This document shows positions 12,501 through 24,423 of a DNA stretch of 61,649 nt, piece by piece. The stretch is from assembly GCA_010093745.1 (NCBI GenBank), contig MU005967.1, positions 310,001 through 371,649 on the forward strand, in the 5' to 3' direction. A program made the position numbers and the translations under genes. Every line of letters begins with the position of its first letter. The first letter of the stretch is position 1. The DNA is from Piedraia hortae CBS 480.64 (Eukaryota). Under the pieces are notes generated by a model that saw only the letters and a list, made by a program, of their open reading frames with translations, was not told where the DNA came from and did not search any database.

Positions 12501-12612
12501 CGTCGGTGCCACCTGCTACTTGGATGAGACCGTAGATGGATTGGTTTAGCGGAGGCAGAAGAATTTCGTTCTCTACCCCGGCTTCGCCGGCCAAGAACTG
12601 TGGGTCGTCCAT
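9529..12612 (-). CDS. ATG26: Sterol 3-beta-glucosyltransferase (GRAM-PH-GRAM-GT)
   Basis: 1027 aa; PH domain (KTGWLSKQG..WFSLKGDVLSYY), GRAM-like segments, TIGTRGDVQPY, HHGGSGTTGASL, PFFGDQ. Confidence 0.95.
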   Translation of the reverse strand: MDDPQFLAGEAGVENEILLPPLNQSIYGLIQVAGGTDALGNMSDSDDEGGEVQERLMPLLDRKLEAQARAMNTPTIDLRSAVANIFDFDEAEDVIVEYTCWLMQMVPVDGFMYITRRHICFYAYTPKKEDGNIKTGWLSKQGRQNPRFRRSWFSLKGDVLSYYNNDTDQYFPRGIIDLRTGISAELYGEKPTKQFRIETDTRVYHFKADNAASAEDWVRRLQKALFRSHNDGDAVKLVIPTVNILDIDGQAMLMDKIDTIKLKVIENDETYAVDEYFFSGFKAGPEVLQLLKNLSDNRLPSNDAVRATTTLKANPRRSNSSRRVSPARSSRELHRGRSSFERPRQRDSGSSERSLPRKSDSSERPRDQSRSSVEQLQQGEVARLSRLQQARLICGRITSKAALSYLSSSPKEYIQKFAGAMSGGRRHYNGDDVEAEQSFRDHFGLDVTEQLRAVFFCWLHRVVPIYGKIYIGTKHFCFRSLIYGVKTKMKVPLDSLINVTTERGWRLGYSGMLVVLRGREEVFFDFGSREHRDDCVSTAAWALERPQLVIENTEAAAEYELLRKMRTQKDDEVDGPVFDDTEASIIDIRPEKSLRITCLTIGTRGDVQPYIALCKRLAADGHRVRIATHAEFEPWVRKHGIDFASVEGDPSVLMQMCVEKGMFTPSFVYETNRNFRGWLDGLLASAWRACQKTDLLIESPSAMAGIHIAEALRIPYFRSFSMPWTRTRAYPHAFAVPARRKGGQYNYMSYVIFEYVFWRMTCGQINRWRQDTLGLAPTSVERMAADRVPFLYHLSPNVMTPPVDFGAWVRVTGYWFLDEGVKWEPPKELTDFISRARKDKMAVVYVGFGSVILGDTLSLTQDIIEAVRKAGVRCILSRGWSDRMAKQEKEIVLPKDIHAIQGAPHDWLFTQVDAAVHHGGSGTTGASLRAGIPTVVRPFFGDQFFSATRVEDLGVGVAVRTCNATSLGKAMFMATRDENMRRRAKILGEKIRAEDGVGRAVEAIYRDLEYARSLVAEEDWTFISPDD

Positions 12613-13054
12613 TGTCGAGCTTGGCTATTACCTACATGTCTGACTGAGAAATGACAGGATGGTCCGCACGGGTGCTGAGAGGCCCCGTGACTCGTGCGGA
12701 TGATGTGTGGTTTCTGATTGGCTATCGCCGTCTAAGCTCCATTGATTTGGTTGCTCAGCCTCGTGTTCGGCCTTTTGTGGAAGGATTCACTGATTCGAGT
12801 AGAAATTCAACCGAGTACTTCTCCATGACTTGAGGCCACGTTGGTTGAACTAGCCTAATTGGGTCGCGCCGGGCCGTCAAACCCCAACGTATGGGATTGG
12901 ATCAGCAAGTGGCGTCATGACCTTGGCCCCTGCATTAGGGTTCTGAACAATCAACCAGATCACCGTATGCACAATCACATTAATCAGTCCTATTCCAAAG
13001 GCTGGGAGCCCATACCGAGCGAGCCCAGATGTTCATATTGAATTATTCTACAAA

Positions 13055-14347
<1,293 letters not shown>

Positions 14348-14542
14348 CTATGCATATGCTACCTAGCGGGGCGAGCCGTTTCGCGTTCCAAACAGAACAA
14401 ACAGAACATCCCCGACATCGCGGGACGGCGGAGAATGTTGAAATCTCCTACAACGCCACGCTAGAACGCACCAACGCTCACGATGTTGAATGCACCCCAA
14501 AACACTTTATCCCCAACTCCGGCCCATTTTAGTTTTTCGTAT

Positions 14543-15715
14543 CTAGAACTGCAGCTGCTTCGGCTGCTCCCACGGAAAGTTTTGATTCGTAAAGTGTCCG
14601 TTCTTGGCCGTTTCTCGATAGATGGGCTTGGCCAGATCCAGCTCCTTCACGATTACCCCTGGTCGCATGTCAAAGTTCTTGCGCACAATGTCGACCAGCT
14701 CATCAGAGCTGCGATCTGAAGTGCCATATGTCTCCACAAAGAGCGAGAGCGGCTCGGCAACACCAATGGCGTATGACAGTTGCACAAGCACGCGGCGGGC
14801 CAGCTTGGCATGGACTAGAGACTTTGCAATCCATCGCGCAAGGTAAGCGGCGGAGCGGTCAACCTTGCTGTAGTCTTTGCCGGAAAAAGCACCGCCACCA
14901 TGCGCTCCCCAGCCACCGTACGTGTCGACGATGATCTTGCGACCCGTCAAGCCAGCATCGCCCTGCGGGCCACCAATTATGAACAGTCCAGAGGGCTGGA
15001 TATGGTACACTGTCCGTTCATCCAAGTACTTAGCCGGGATGGACTTTTTGATGATTTTCTCCATGATTTCCTCGCGCAGCTTTTCCGTCGTGATGTCGGG
15101 ACTATGCTGTGCGCTGACAACCACTGTATCGACACGTCTCGGTACTACTGCACCCCCATCATGCTCATACTCGACTGTGACCTGAGTTTTAGTGTCGGGC
15201 CTGAGCCAGGGGAGCGAGCCATCCTTGCGGGCATCTGTCATGGCGCGGTTGAGTTTGTGGGCAAGCTGGATGGTCAACGGGAGCAGTTCGGGCGTCTCGT
15301 CGGTAGCATAGCCGAACATGATGCCCTGATCGCCGGCCCCCAGTCGCTCGAGTGCTTCGTCGTAGTGGAGACCTTGAGCAATGTCGGGACTTTGCTCTTC
15401 GATGGCCACGAGCACATTGCAAGTCTTGTAGTCAAACCCTTTGTCGGAGCTGTCATAGCCGACGTCTTTGATGGCCTCGCGAACAACGGTCTGGTAATCA
15501 ACGCGGGCCTTTGTGGAGATTTCACCGAATATCATAATCATGCCTGTCTTGGCAGCTGTCTCGCATGCCACCTTGGCCAGCGGATCCTGTTTGAGGCAGG
15601 CATCAAGTACGGCGTCCGATACTTGGTCGGCAATCTTGTCTGGATGACCCTGGCCCACGGACTCAGAGGTGAAGAGGAACGTGTTTCCCTTCTTAAGGAC
15701 ACCGTTGGCATGCAT
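14543..15715 (-). CDS. SAM2: S-adenosylmethionine synthetase, intronless
   Basis: [42 protein letters not shown]. Confidence 0.97.
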   Translation of the reverse strand: MHANGVLKKGNTFLFTSESVGQGHPDKIADQVSDAVLDACLKQDPLAKVACETAAKTGMIMIFGEISTKARVDYQTVVREAIKDVGYDSSDKGFDYKTCNVLVAIEEQSPDIAQGLHYDEALERLGAGDQGIMFGYATDETPELLPLTIQLAHKLNRAMTDARKDGSLPWLRPDTKTQVTVEYEHDGGAVVPRRVDTVVVSAQHSPDITTEKLREEIMEKIIKKSIPAKYLDERTVYHIQPSGLFIIGGPQGDAGLTGRKIIVDTYGGWGAHGGGAFSGKDYSKVDRSAAYLARWIAKSLVHAKLARRVLVQLSYAIGVAEPLSLFVETYGTSDRSSDELVDIVRKNFDMRPGVIVKELDLAKPIYRETAKNGHFTNQNFPWEQPKQLQF

Positions 15716-15941
15716 GGTGGGTTGTGGAAGGAGAGGTATTCAAGCAGAAAAAAAAAATTTGGACGTTTCGGTGGGGAAGTGGGGGTGGGGGGTAATGATG
15801 CGAACGTCTGATGTGACGCTAAGCGGGCTAAACTTTGGGCCGTGTCTGCCACGCACATCTAGCGTAGGAATGGGAATTAGCATTAGTTTGAATTACTTTA
15901 CGCAATTAGATAGAGCTCCGTCACATGCCCGTTTCTTGACC

Positions 15942-17040
15942 ATGTCCTTCAACGACAAGGTGCAGCCGGCCTTGGATGTCATTGGCGAGGCTCTCTCAAC
16001 CGATCCGTCCGACTTCCATGATCACGAGACATGGAAGTTCCACGGCCTGGGAGACTTGCTGGCGGAAGCAACCGCGGCAGATCTCAGGCAGCAGCTGGGC
16101 TTGAATGTGTCCGCTGAGACTTTTGCTCGTTGCCCGACAGTGGGATCTTTCAGAGCCTTTTTGCGTGGCGAGCCGGTAGACCCGTGGGAGGGCATTCCAA
16201 AGCCAAAAGTGCCCCTTTCCGTGGTCCTGAAAGGACAGCTAGACAAGGCCTCCACAGTAGTCTTCCTTTTCCCCGATGGCAGCGGCGCCGGGACCTCGTA
16301 TGGTACGCTCCCGGAGTTGGGCAAGGCCGTCTGCGTAGTTGGGCTGAATTCGCCATTTCTTCGCCAGGCCCAGCAGTTTACGTGTTCAATTGAGCATATG
16401 GCACGGTTATGGCTGGGTGAAGTTCAAAAGTTGCAGCCAAATGGTCCCTATACGCTCGGCGGCTGGTCCGCCGGAGGCTACTACGCATACGAGGCTGCCA
16501 AGCTCTTGACCGCGTCTGGCCACAAGATCGATCGTCTTGTTCTTATTGACTCACCCTGTCGCTTGTTTTATGAGGCTCTACCTGAACAAGTGGTGCAGCA
16601 ACTTACAGAAAAGGGCCTCATGGGAGCTTCAGGCACCAAAAAGGCACCCGAGTGGTTGGTACAACACTTTACATCTACGGTTGGTTCCGTGGATAGATAT
16701 ATGCCAACGCCCATGGGTGTTCAGCACGTCCCGACCCATGTGAACATGATATGGGTGCGTGAAGGCTTAGTTGACAATGTGGAGCAGTCAGGCCTCCGCG
16801 TCGACCTCAGTGTTAAAGTCACCCGCTTCCTGTTGGAACCCCGGCCAGAACTGAGGGCGGAGGGATGGGAAAAGCTGGTCCCAGGGGCAACCTTCACGTA
16901 TGATTACATGACGGGCAACCACTTTCAAATCACGCAGCCACCGCACGTAAGTCAATGAGGACGTCGGTTGTAGAAGCTAACAATCAGTTTCCCAGTCTGA
17001 TGACCTAGGAAGAATATTGAAATCACTCATTACGACATAA
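15942..17040 (+). CDS. Free-standing ACP-like + thioesterase didomain resembling the C-terminus of a non-reducing PKS; exons 15942-16946 and 16996-17040
   Basis: FLFPDGSGAGTSY, GGWSAGG, LIDSP and GNHF are TE/Claisen-cyclase motifs. The N-terminus is ACP-like (..CPTVGSFRAFL). Intron 16947-16995 (GTAAGT..GCTAAC..CAG) gives the C-terminus SDDLGRILKSLITT*. Confidence 0.88.
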
Positions 17041-17075
17041 CGTACATGCAATCGTACAATTAGCCCGGATTTGAA

Positions 17076-17399
17076 TCAGTTCTTCTCATAGTCATTCGAA
17101 CTTTTGCTTGGAGACAGTTTGCCCAATACACCATACGACTTTAGACGTGCAAGACTGCTTGTGGAGCCTTTTTCGGTGGAGGCGGTGAAGGTGGACGTTG
17201 AAGGGGATGCGGTGACTTCGGTAACGGAGGCAAACTCATCACCCCATCCGGTGCTATGCCTCGTAACCCAGCTGTCAGTAGTCTCGGCTTTGGCCCGTGT
17301 GTTTTGAGGTTGTCGTGACTGGTTCTGCTCGCGAAAATGAGTTGCAGATTGGCGGCAGTAGGTATCAAGTCTAGCTCGAAGACTTGCAATCAGACCCAT
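17076..17399 (-). CDS. Small S/T-rich hypothetical protein (107 aa)
   Basis: ATG in the context CCCACCATGG; TATATAAA on the minus strand ~80 bp upstream; fills an otherwise empty gap. Confidence 0.5.
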   Translation of the reverse strand: MGLIASLRARLDTYCRQSATHFREQNQSRQPQNTRAKAETTDSWVTRHSTGWGDEFASVTEVTASPSTSTFTASTEKGSTSSLARLKSYGVLGKLSPSKSSNDYEKN

Positions 17400-17910
17400 G
17401 GTGGGAGGTGACTAGGGAATGCTGCTGGAAGCTTGACGTGCCTCTGATGGAGGTAACGGTTGCCATACGCGCCAACTTTATATACTCTGGGACCATTACC
17501 ATGACCTTAAAATAAGAGAACTCGGTTTCATGTTCGATTCACCAAAGCGTTTTGGACGTGGCGGAAGCCAATCGACTTCGTTTCTTCTAAAAATGCCCCG
17601 ATTTGCCCCTATCACTTCACCAGTGCAACTTTGAGCTTTGGTCGTTCTCTACCACCACAAGCCGAACGAGTTTGTGATTCGGGCATTCTCGGAAATCTCA
17701 TCTCAGACTGTCACAAGCAAAGTAGCACGACGTCAGGGCTGACACCATACGCATCTCTGGGCGTGATAACAACAGTGTTCCCTTAGCAATCATCCTCGTC
17801 TTTCGTGCCCTGCCTAGGAATATCTCTGCAGAAGTCCATGGAAGAATTGCCTGCTATGGATACAATGCCACTTGGTTACAGAGGTGTAGGTCGCAGCTCC
17901 TTCGGCCAAG

Positions 17911-19641
17911 CTACTCATGATGCCTGTTTTCCGCTATCCTCTCCTCCCCCCAAGAAGCCAATCTGCTCCTAAACTTCTCCTGAACCTGGTACACTCTTCC
18001 GACAAACGGATAAAGCAAGTCCCCTTTCTTGCCATGACCATCCAGCCTCTCCCTCAGAGCTTTGGATAGTTCCTCAAATGTCTTTTGAACATGCTTGAAG
18101 GCATTTCCTTTACGACCAAGGTCGTTCAGCGGATTTGCGGGATCTTGGAGACAGAGAAGGTAAGGTTGCAGTGGACGTGTTTTGCCTATTGCGTATTGAC
18201 CGGCGCGAACGGGATCATTGCGGTCGTACGCAGACGACATTAAAGCTTTAACAGCGCTTGGGTCTTCATCGTGCTTCAAAAAAGGTCTTGAAACGCAAAG
18301 GCCGTACCTGTGAGGGTCGAAGTCTTTGTAGAATTCCAACATATGCATCAGGTCTGACGTCAGGTCGTTGGGTGATGGAAGAGTGCGACCTCGTCGCTGC
18401 AGTGCGGCTACAATCATGATAAAAAGCCCGTAGCTACCTGTGCCGCCATTGAAGACGTCGGCCAGCCCTCGTACTCCGAGCGTGGAGCGCAGGAAAAGGT
18501 ACAACGGCTCGAGCTGAGGAAGTTCTGACAGAAAAGTTTTGGTTATCTCTTGTTGTTTGTTTGTGGACGGCGCGCAGACAACCTGGAGAGCCACGCCTGT
18601 TTCCTTGTGCTGGAGATTGATGATGGGATATCGCGCCTGACGCAGCTTGACCAAACTGAATTCGCCGCTAGCCTGAAAGGCGGCAAAGAGAGACTTCATA
18701 GTGTTGATGGACTCAACGAACGCTTCGCTGCTGGGCAAGTTCTCAACGTGAGGCAAGCACACGCGGATGTCCACATCGGACGTGGGCAACGCCAGTCCAG
18801 TAATCTCCGAGCCGAATATTTCCACAGGACAATCATTGATCGTAGCTGTTATCACCCTGCCAGCGGCTTCGGCAACCGCCTGTCTTGCAGCATTCTCAGC
18901 AGATGTTTGCCTGGCCCATCGAGTAAAGCGATGTATCTCAAGATTCATGAGACTACGTACATCTAGTGTTTTCCGTTCGCTTGGTGTAGTATCCCACGGT
19001 ACAGGTATCCGTTTAACGGCCCAGAATTGCTTGTCCGCAGTTGCTATGGGCATTGGCGAGTAGTCTATCCACGACCGACTCTCTTTGCTAACGATATCTT
19101 GCCTCGAAGTTTTAGTGAGATCATGAACGGTTTGCGCTATCCAATGCATGTGCAATTTCCATCCATCGTGTGAGGTTCGAATTGCGTTCTGCACGACGGC
19201 GGGCGGAATTAGGCGAAAGGACTCAGATCTCCTGGTGTTCTTGCTATGATTTGGCCATCCTTCAACAGGCTCGTCATCGTGTTGTCTCTCTGACTCTTTC
19301 TTTGTCTTATTTTGTGGGCCCTCTCCTGCCAGACGCGACCTCTGCGAATCTTCCTCAGCGTCGTCTAGGCACAACAAGGTCCCCTCTTCGGCGGGGAGAG
19401 CGATTGCAAGATGGTCTTCGATCAATCGAGTGCGAGTACGTAGAGAGACAGGTGCAGCTATAGGTTTGTGAAGCTTCTCATGGCCACCCTGGGTGCTGCT
19501 AGAGACGACAAAATCTTCCCGAGTGACTGATTGCCTCAACAGTCCAGGATAGGAACTAAAAGCGGAGGACAGCGCCGCAGTGGTATTGAAAGTGTTCTTG
19601 GCGTAACAAGTTGGTCGAAGAACGATTTTGGAACTCTGCAT
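17911..19641 (-). CDS. Trf4/Cid-family non-canonical poly(A) polymerase-like nucleotidyltransferase
   Basis: IFGSEITGLALPTSDVDI (GS..DxD), ARYPII, RGLADVFNGGTGSY and LCLQDPANPLNDLG (PAP-associated domain). First ATG at 19641. Confidence 0.85.
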   Translation of the reverse strand: MQSSKIVLRPTCYAKNTFNTTAALSSAFSSYPGLLRQSVTREDFVVSSSTQGGHEKLHKPIAAPVSLRTRTRLIEDHLAIALPAEEGTLLCLDDAEEDSQRSRLAGEGPQNKTKKESERQHDDEPVEGWPNHSKNTRRSESFRLIPPAVVQNAIRTSHDGWKLHMHWIAQTVHDLTKTSRQDIVSKESRSWIDYSPMPIATADKQFWAVKRIPVPWDTTPSERKTLDVRSLMNLEIHRFTRWARQTSAENAARQAVAEAAGRVITATINDCPVEIFGSEITGLALPTSDVDIRVCLPHVENLPSSEAFVESINTMKSLFAAFQASGEFSLVKLRQARYPIINLQHKETGVALQVVCAPSTNKQQEITKTFLSELPQLEPLYLFLRSTLGVRGLADVFNGGTGSYGLFIMIVAALQRRGRTLPSPNDLTSDLMHMLEFYKDFDPHRYGLCVSRPFLKHDEDPSAVKALMSSAYDRNDPVRAGQYAIGKTRPLQPYLLCLQDPANPLNDLGRKGNAFKHVQKTFEELSKALRERLDGHGKKGDLLYPFVGRVYQVQEKFRSRLASWGEERIAENRHHE

Positions 19642-19777
19642 CAAAGCGGCTGCGTTTGATGAATCATGTGAGGTCCAAAAGTCGTCGGTCGGCCCGCACC
19701 GTACCCCGCCGGCCCGACCCGGCCCGACCCACTGTCACCGACCTTTCCGCCACGACGATGGCGACAGATTACCCATC

Positions 19778-20472
19778 ATGTCAGCGTTTCCGGGGGCCAT
19801 TGCCCGCGCGAAAGTCGTAACGAGCCTTCGATCTTCGGCTACGCGTGTGGCATTCTCCACCTCGGCGCGCCAATATGCCTCTACCGAGGGCACCGACCCG
19901 GGCAAATTTCGTTTGCGCCCAAACAAGCAAAAGGAGAGCGTATGGAACGAGGCGGGAAACTACTTTCTCCTGACAGAAATGTTTCGGGGTATGTACGTGG
20001 CGCTGCAGCAGTTTTTCCGCCCACCGTAAGTGATATCCTGGCGTCTTCCCGAGTTTCCACACTCATAGCTGCCAGGTACACCATCTACTACCCGTTCGAA
20101 AAGGGTCCCATCTCGCCACGGTTCCGTGGTGAGCATGCTCTTCGGAGGTATCCAACAGGCGAAGAGCGCTGCATCGCCTGCAAACTATGCGAAGCCATCT
20201 GTCCTGCGCAAGCTATCACCATTGAGGCTGAGGAGCGAGCCGATGGTAGCCGACGCACTACGCGTTATGACATTGACATGACCAAGTGCATCTACTGCGG
20301 GTTCTGCCAAGAGAGTTGTCCAGTCGATGCCATCGTTGAGGGCCCTAATGCCGAGTATGCTACTGAAACCCGCGAAGAACTTCTCTACAACAAGGAGAAA
20401 TTACTGGCCAACGGCGACAAGTGGGAACCGGAGCTGGCGGCCGCTGCCAGAGCAGATGCACCATACCGGTAG
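19778..20472 (+). CDS. NDUFS8: Complex I TYKY/23-kDa 2x[4Fe-4S] subunit; intron 20026-20075
   Basis: [12 protein letters not shown] and [23 protein letters not shown] is restored after splicing; mitochondrial presequence-like N-terminus. Confidence 0.96.
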
Positions 20473-20719
20473 AATACTATCTATGTACATTCCAGTTTTT
20501 CCCTTTTACAAAGTGCAGGGGTGAGGGTGACTCTTTCCATCTCAAGCTGCTGTATGCTTCTATCAGTTCCTGCCACAATGCCCATCCCTGAAGCCATCAT
20601 TAAAGTTACCACACCCTGGCTAAAACGTCTTTCCCACATCGTGCGATATGAGCGCGGTAGACTGTGGGCATTCGGCGGGACGCTTTTCCCTTTTGACTGA
20701 CTCGTTTCATGCTTTAAAA

Positions 20720-23516
20720 TCAGAGTCGACTGTCCTGTTGCCCATCTGAATCCCCTCCATTCAATTGAGCGATGGTAGCAAGAACGTCAGCGGGTTCCAA
20801 CACATGCCAGTGGGCCAGCGTCTGCTTGGAGCTTGCGCCGACGGTAACAGCAAAAATGTACTTTTCCGGCAAGCTGGATGAGTTAAGAGCCCGGAACATA
20901 TCTATTCCCGTTAGTCTCCAGAGCCATAACCTGATACTAAAACATACCCTCGTCGGTAAAATCATCCCCAAGGCAGAGCACGAATTCCAAATGCTCGTAA
21001 GTCTTTACTAGCTGCCGTGCAATCTCCCCCTTGTTAACAAAGCGTGGCCGAACCTCTAAATTGGCCTTGCCCGTCATGATTTCCACATCATAGCCTTGCG
21101 CCACCGTCCGTTCCAGCGTCCTCTGCAACTCGCGGGCCATGTACGCCCCATACTCGGGATCACTGCGTCGGTAGTGCCACGTAATTGCTATCTTCTTTCG
21201 CTCAATCTCCGTTCCCGGGGTTTTGTCCGTATACCGCTGGAACTCATCCAGCACTAGCTTTTGCCATCCCATATCCATGCTTTCCGCCAGGTTCGTCCAC
21301 TGTTGCTGGTTCGGCTTACGGATAAAGCTACCATGCTCGGCCGACAAGCCCAACTCTGGGATGTGGCCCATCCACTCATCCAGGAAAGCTTGGTCACGAC
21401 CTGAAACGATCCAAACAACGTTCTTCGGATCCGCTGCCAAGGCTTTGAGCGTTCGAAGGACACGATCAGACGGAACGGCTGACTGTGGATCGTTGACTAT
21501 CGGTGTCAGAGTGCCATCATAGTCAAACATGAACAAGCGTCTCTTGGCTTTCCGATATTGTGAGCATAGCTTAGTACGATCAAGCAGAGGCGTAGCGTTA
21601 GACTGGTCGAAAGAGGCCAGATTTGTCAACAGCCGCCTTACGTAGCTGTCGGTCCATGCCTTGACCGTGTTATGGGTAACTTGGTCATAAAGCACCCGGT
21701 GAGCTGCTGCTCGCTCTTCTGTGGTCATTCGCAGAGCAGTATCGATCGTGGCGGCCGTGCTACTCAAGTCCCACGGGTTGACGTGAAGTGCTTCACCCAG
21801 GTTACCGGCCGTGCCCGAAAACTCGGAGGTGATGAGCGGACCATGACCATCTCTCTGGCAAATGACATATTCCAGTGCTGTAGTGTTCATACCATCGCGC
21901 ACGCTGGTAATCAAGCCGACATCTGCAATTCGCAACAGGGCAAAGTATTCATCCTTTTGCAGATACTGCGGGAAGTGCTGTACTGGAGTGAAGCTGAGCG
22001 ATCCGTATTCTCCATTGATTCGAGCAACGAGGTCGTTGATCCGGTTAGCTGTTTGATCACTGGGATCGTCTCGATCCTCAATGCTGGTCAAGCTGGTGAC
22101 TTGAACAAGCACGACCTTGTCATGCCAGTCGGGGTATTTCTCCAGGAACCTCTCAAAGGCCTGCAGTTTCTGGGCCACGCCTCTGACCGCATCCAGTCGA
22201 TCGCGGCCGACGATGATTTTCTTGCCGGCGTACAGCTCTCGCAAGGCTTTTGCCCTTCTGTCTACCTCGGCCGAGCCAAAAGCATCGCGATCCACCTTGT
22301 CGACATCAATACCGGCCGGAAAGACGTCTACAGCCACATGAGCGCCGTATGCATCGATACCAGCAGACGAGGATGGGAATCCAAGAATGCGGGTGGCACA
22401 CGACGAGAAGTGGCGCGAGTAACTATATGCTTGGAATCCAACCATGTTTGCGCCCAGTACGCCCTCCAACACTTGTTTTCGCTGGGGCAAGCATCGGTAG
22501 TACTCGCTGCTGGGAAAGGGAATGTGAAGGAGGAAGCCGACGTAAATGCTGGTCATACGCTGGCGGAGCAAGCCGGGCAGGAGCATCAAGTGGTAGTCAT
22601 GCACCATGACCACATCGCCAGGCTTATAGATGCTCATAATAACATCTGCAAAGGAATGATTCATCTGGTAATAGTCAGACCACGCCTTTCGAGACACGCG
22701 GCCGTCGCTCGGCTCGTTCATTTTGTAGTGGAACAGCTTGAACAGTTCATGTTCGCCGTAGCGTCTCCACCTCTCTTGATCTTCCAGAATTAGTTCCTCA
22801 TCCTCGTTTTCCGGTTGTGGAAGCCAGACGGGAGCGACGCGGCCGCCGCATTTATTTGAAAGGAGCTTCTCCAAACCCAGACGATCCTTGCATGAGACCC
22901 GCAGCGTGGAGCTATCGTCATGGGGCTCAGTAGGAGATTGGACTGGCTTGACTGGGATTGGTGCTGAGTCCTTGTTCACAGGATGTGCATTGAGTGAAGA
23001 ATTAGCATGCCTATGGGCTGGTGATTCTGAGGCTTCACGGTCAATCTCTCCGGTCCAGCCTACGAGAGTGTGTTGCCAAGGAGACTGAGCAGAAGTAAGA
23101 TAGGCAAGCGAGTCAAAGAGGGCTGAGGTGCCCCTACGCAGGTGCAGTTCCCACGAACTTTCCGAAACATAGCTGATCTTGTAAGGCACGCAAAATGTTG
23201 CACTGATGACGCGCCCGCTAAGGTTAAGATTAGGAAACATCTCCCGTGGATCCACCAACACTGGGCTTGGATTGGGCGCCGGGCCCGTCATGCTCAGCCT
23301 TCGTAGAAGCTCCTCACCGGTTGCCTCCTTGGCAGCTTCCGTGGGCGAGCTGGGGCGACCATCTCCATGGTCGTCAGTCTGGCCGTTCAGAGGGTCTTGT
23401 TCCTGTTGGGAGCCAAAGCCCGGCGTCACAGCCACGGAGTTTGCTGGATCAAGCGCAGGGTTAAGCGTTGACTGTCGGCGCGGAGCCGCAGGCCGTCCCT
23501 GATCCAGTTCTTCCAT
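20720..23516 (-). CDS. TPS2: Trehalose-6-phosphate phosphatase (GT20 + HAD); intron 20902-20947
   Basis: HDYHL, GRDRLD, RDGMN, FMFDYDGTL, and GDDFTDE|DMF across the spliced intron. Confidence 0.95.
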
Positions 23517-24423
23517 AAGGTCCAGGAAAAGCGCAGTGGTCTACGAAAGGTTTGTTGGTCTGGAAGGGGTTACGGGGGAAGTTCGATGGGAGCAGTTGCG
23601 GATGAACCTGTCAGAAATCGGCGAGACTTCGGGGGCTTTGCTGTCACGACCTCGCAGGCAGGTTTTGAATGTTGGATAGAGGGGGGGGGGGGGCGCAGAG
23701 CCGAAGCCTCAGCCCGTGAGTTTCTGCCAGTCCTTTTACACACGTCGGCAGATAGGCGGGGTACGACCCGTTAGCTCATTTCCAAGAAAACATCCTGCCA
23801 TGTGCACCGCACTCAGCCTATGTATCTGACGTACTTTTATAAAGAATGATTCTTAGCAGACGCCAACCATGGCAGCTTCATTTGCTACCATGCAAAGCGA
23901 AGCCATCATCTATAAGGCACAACGCATGTGTCGAGCAGTTTACGATGGGAATGGGTAGAAGAGCATCTACCTTGTTGCGGCTATGGAGATTGGAGACTCG
24001 GCTTTGTGTTGGGTCCTAGCCTGCTCGGTTCCATGCCCGAGATGGTGTGTTCAGATGCCAAATCTCTGCGAAGTTCACCAAAATGTGATTCTAGCGCACC
24101 AAAAATTTCACGCGGAAATGATAAGATTTCCCCTTTCTGGATCACCACGGTAAACTCGCGTCTATGACAGTGTGCATTGTTGTGCCACACAGGAGCAACT
24201 GTCAGCATACCCAACAGACAACCTAAGAGAGGTCTGCTCTTAAGAGAGTTCTATGTTGTACGTGAGGCCTTTGCCCATGTTTGTAGCAACGCAGATGTCA
24301 CCCGGACGTACGTAGGGTGAGAGACTGCAGTGCGTCATAGGCCACGGCCCCACCGCGGGGCACTTGAAGCGCAGTGTTCGAATCTTTCTTCTACACGTGC
24401 TCGCTCAATAAACCAAGTCCACA

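Noticed and set aside
14900..15811. 303-aa plus-strand ORF antisense to SAM synthetase (similar cases at 21672-22793, 42339-43088, 47694-48473)
   Set aside because: Mirror-frame shadows of conserved genes with biased codon usage; no recognisable motifs.
14543..17040. SAM synthetase + thioesterase as a secondary-metabolite cluster
   Set aside because: No PKS/NRPS core, tailoring enzyme, transporter or transcription factor nearby; neighbours are housekeeping genes.
23678..23695. Poly-G tract upstream of TPS2 and G-runs near 15771-15793 as G-quadruplex/STRE elements
   Set aside because: Simple homopolymers are common, and function cannot be supported from sequence alone.
24320..24390. GTTCGAATC T-loop-like motif suggesting a tRNA
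   Set aside because: No cloverleaf stems or A-box; it lies in the 5' region of the PA2G4-like gene.
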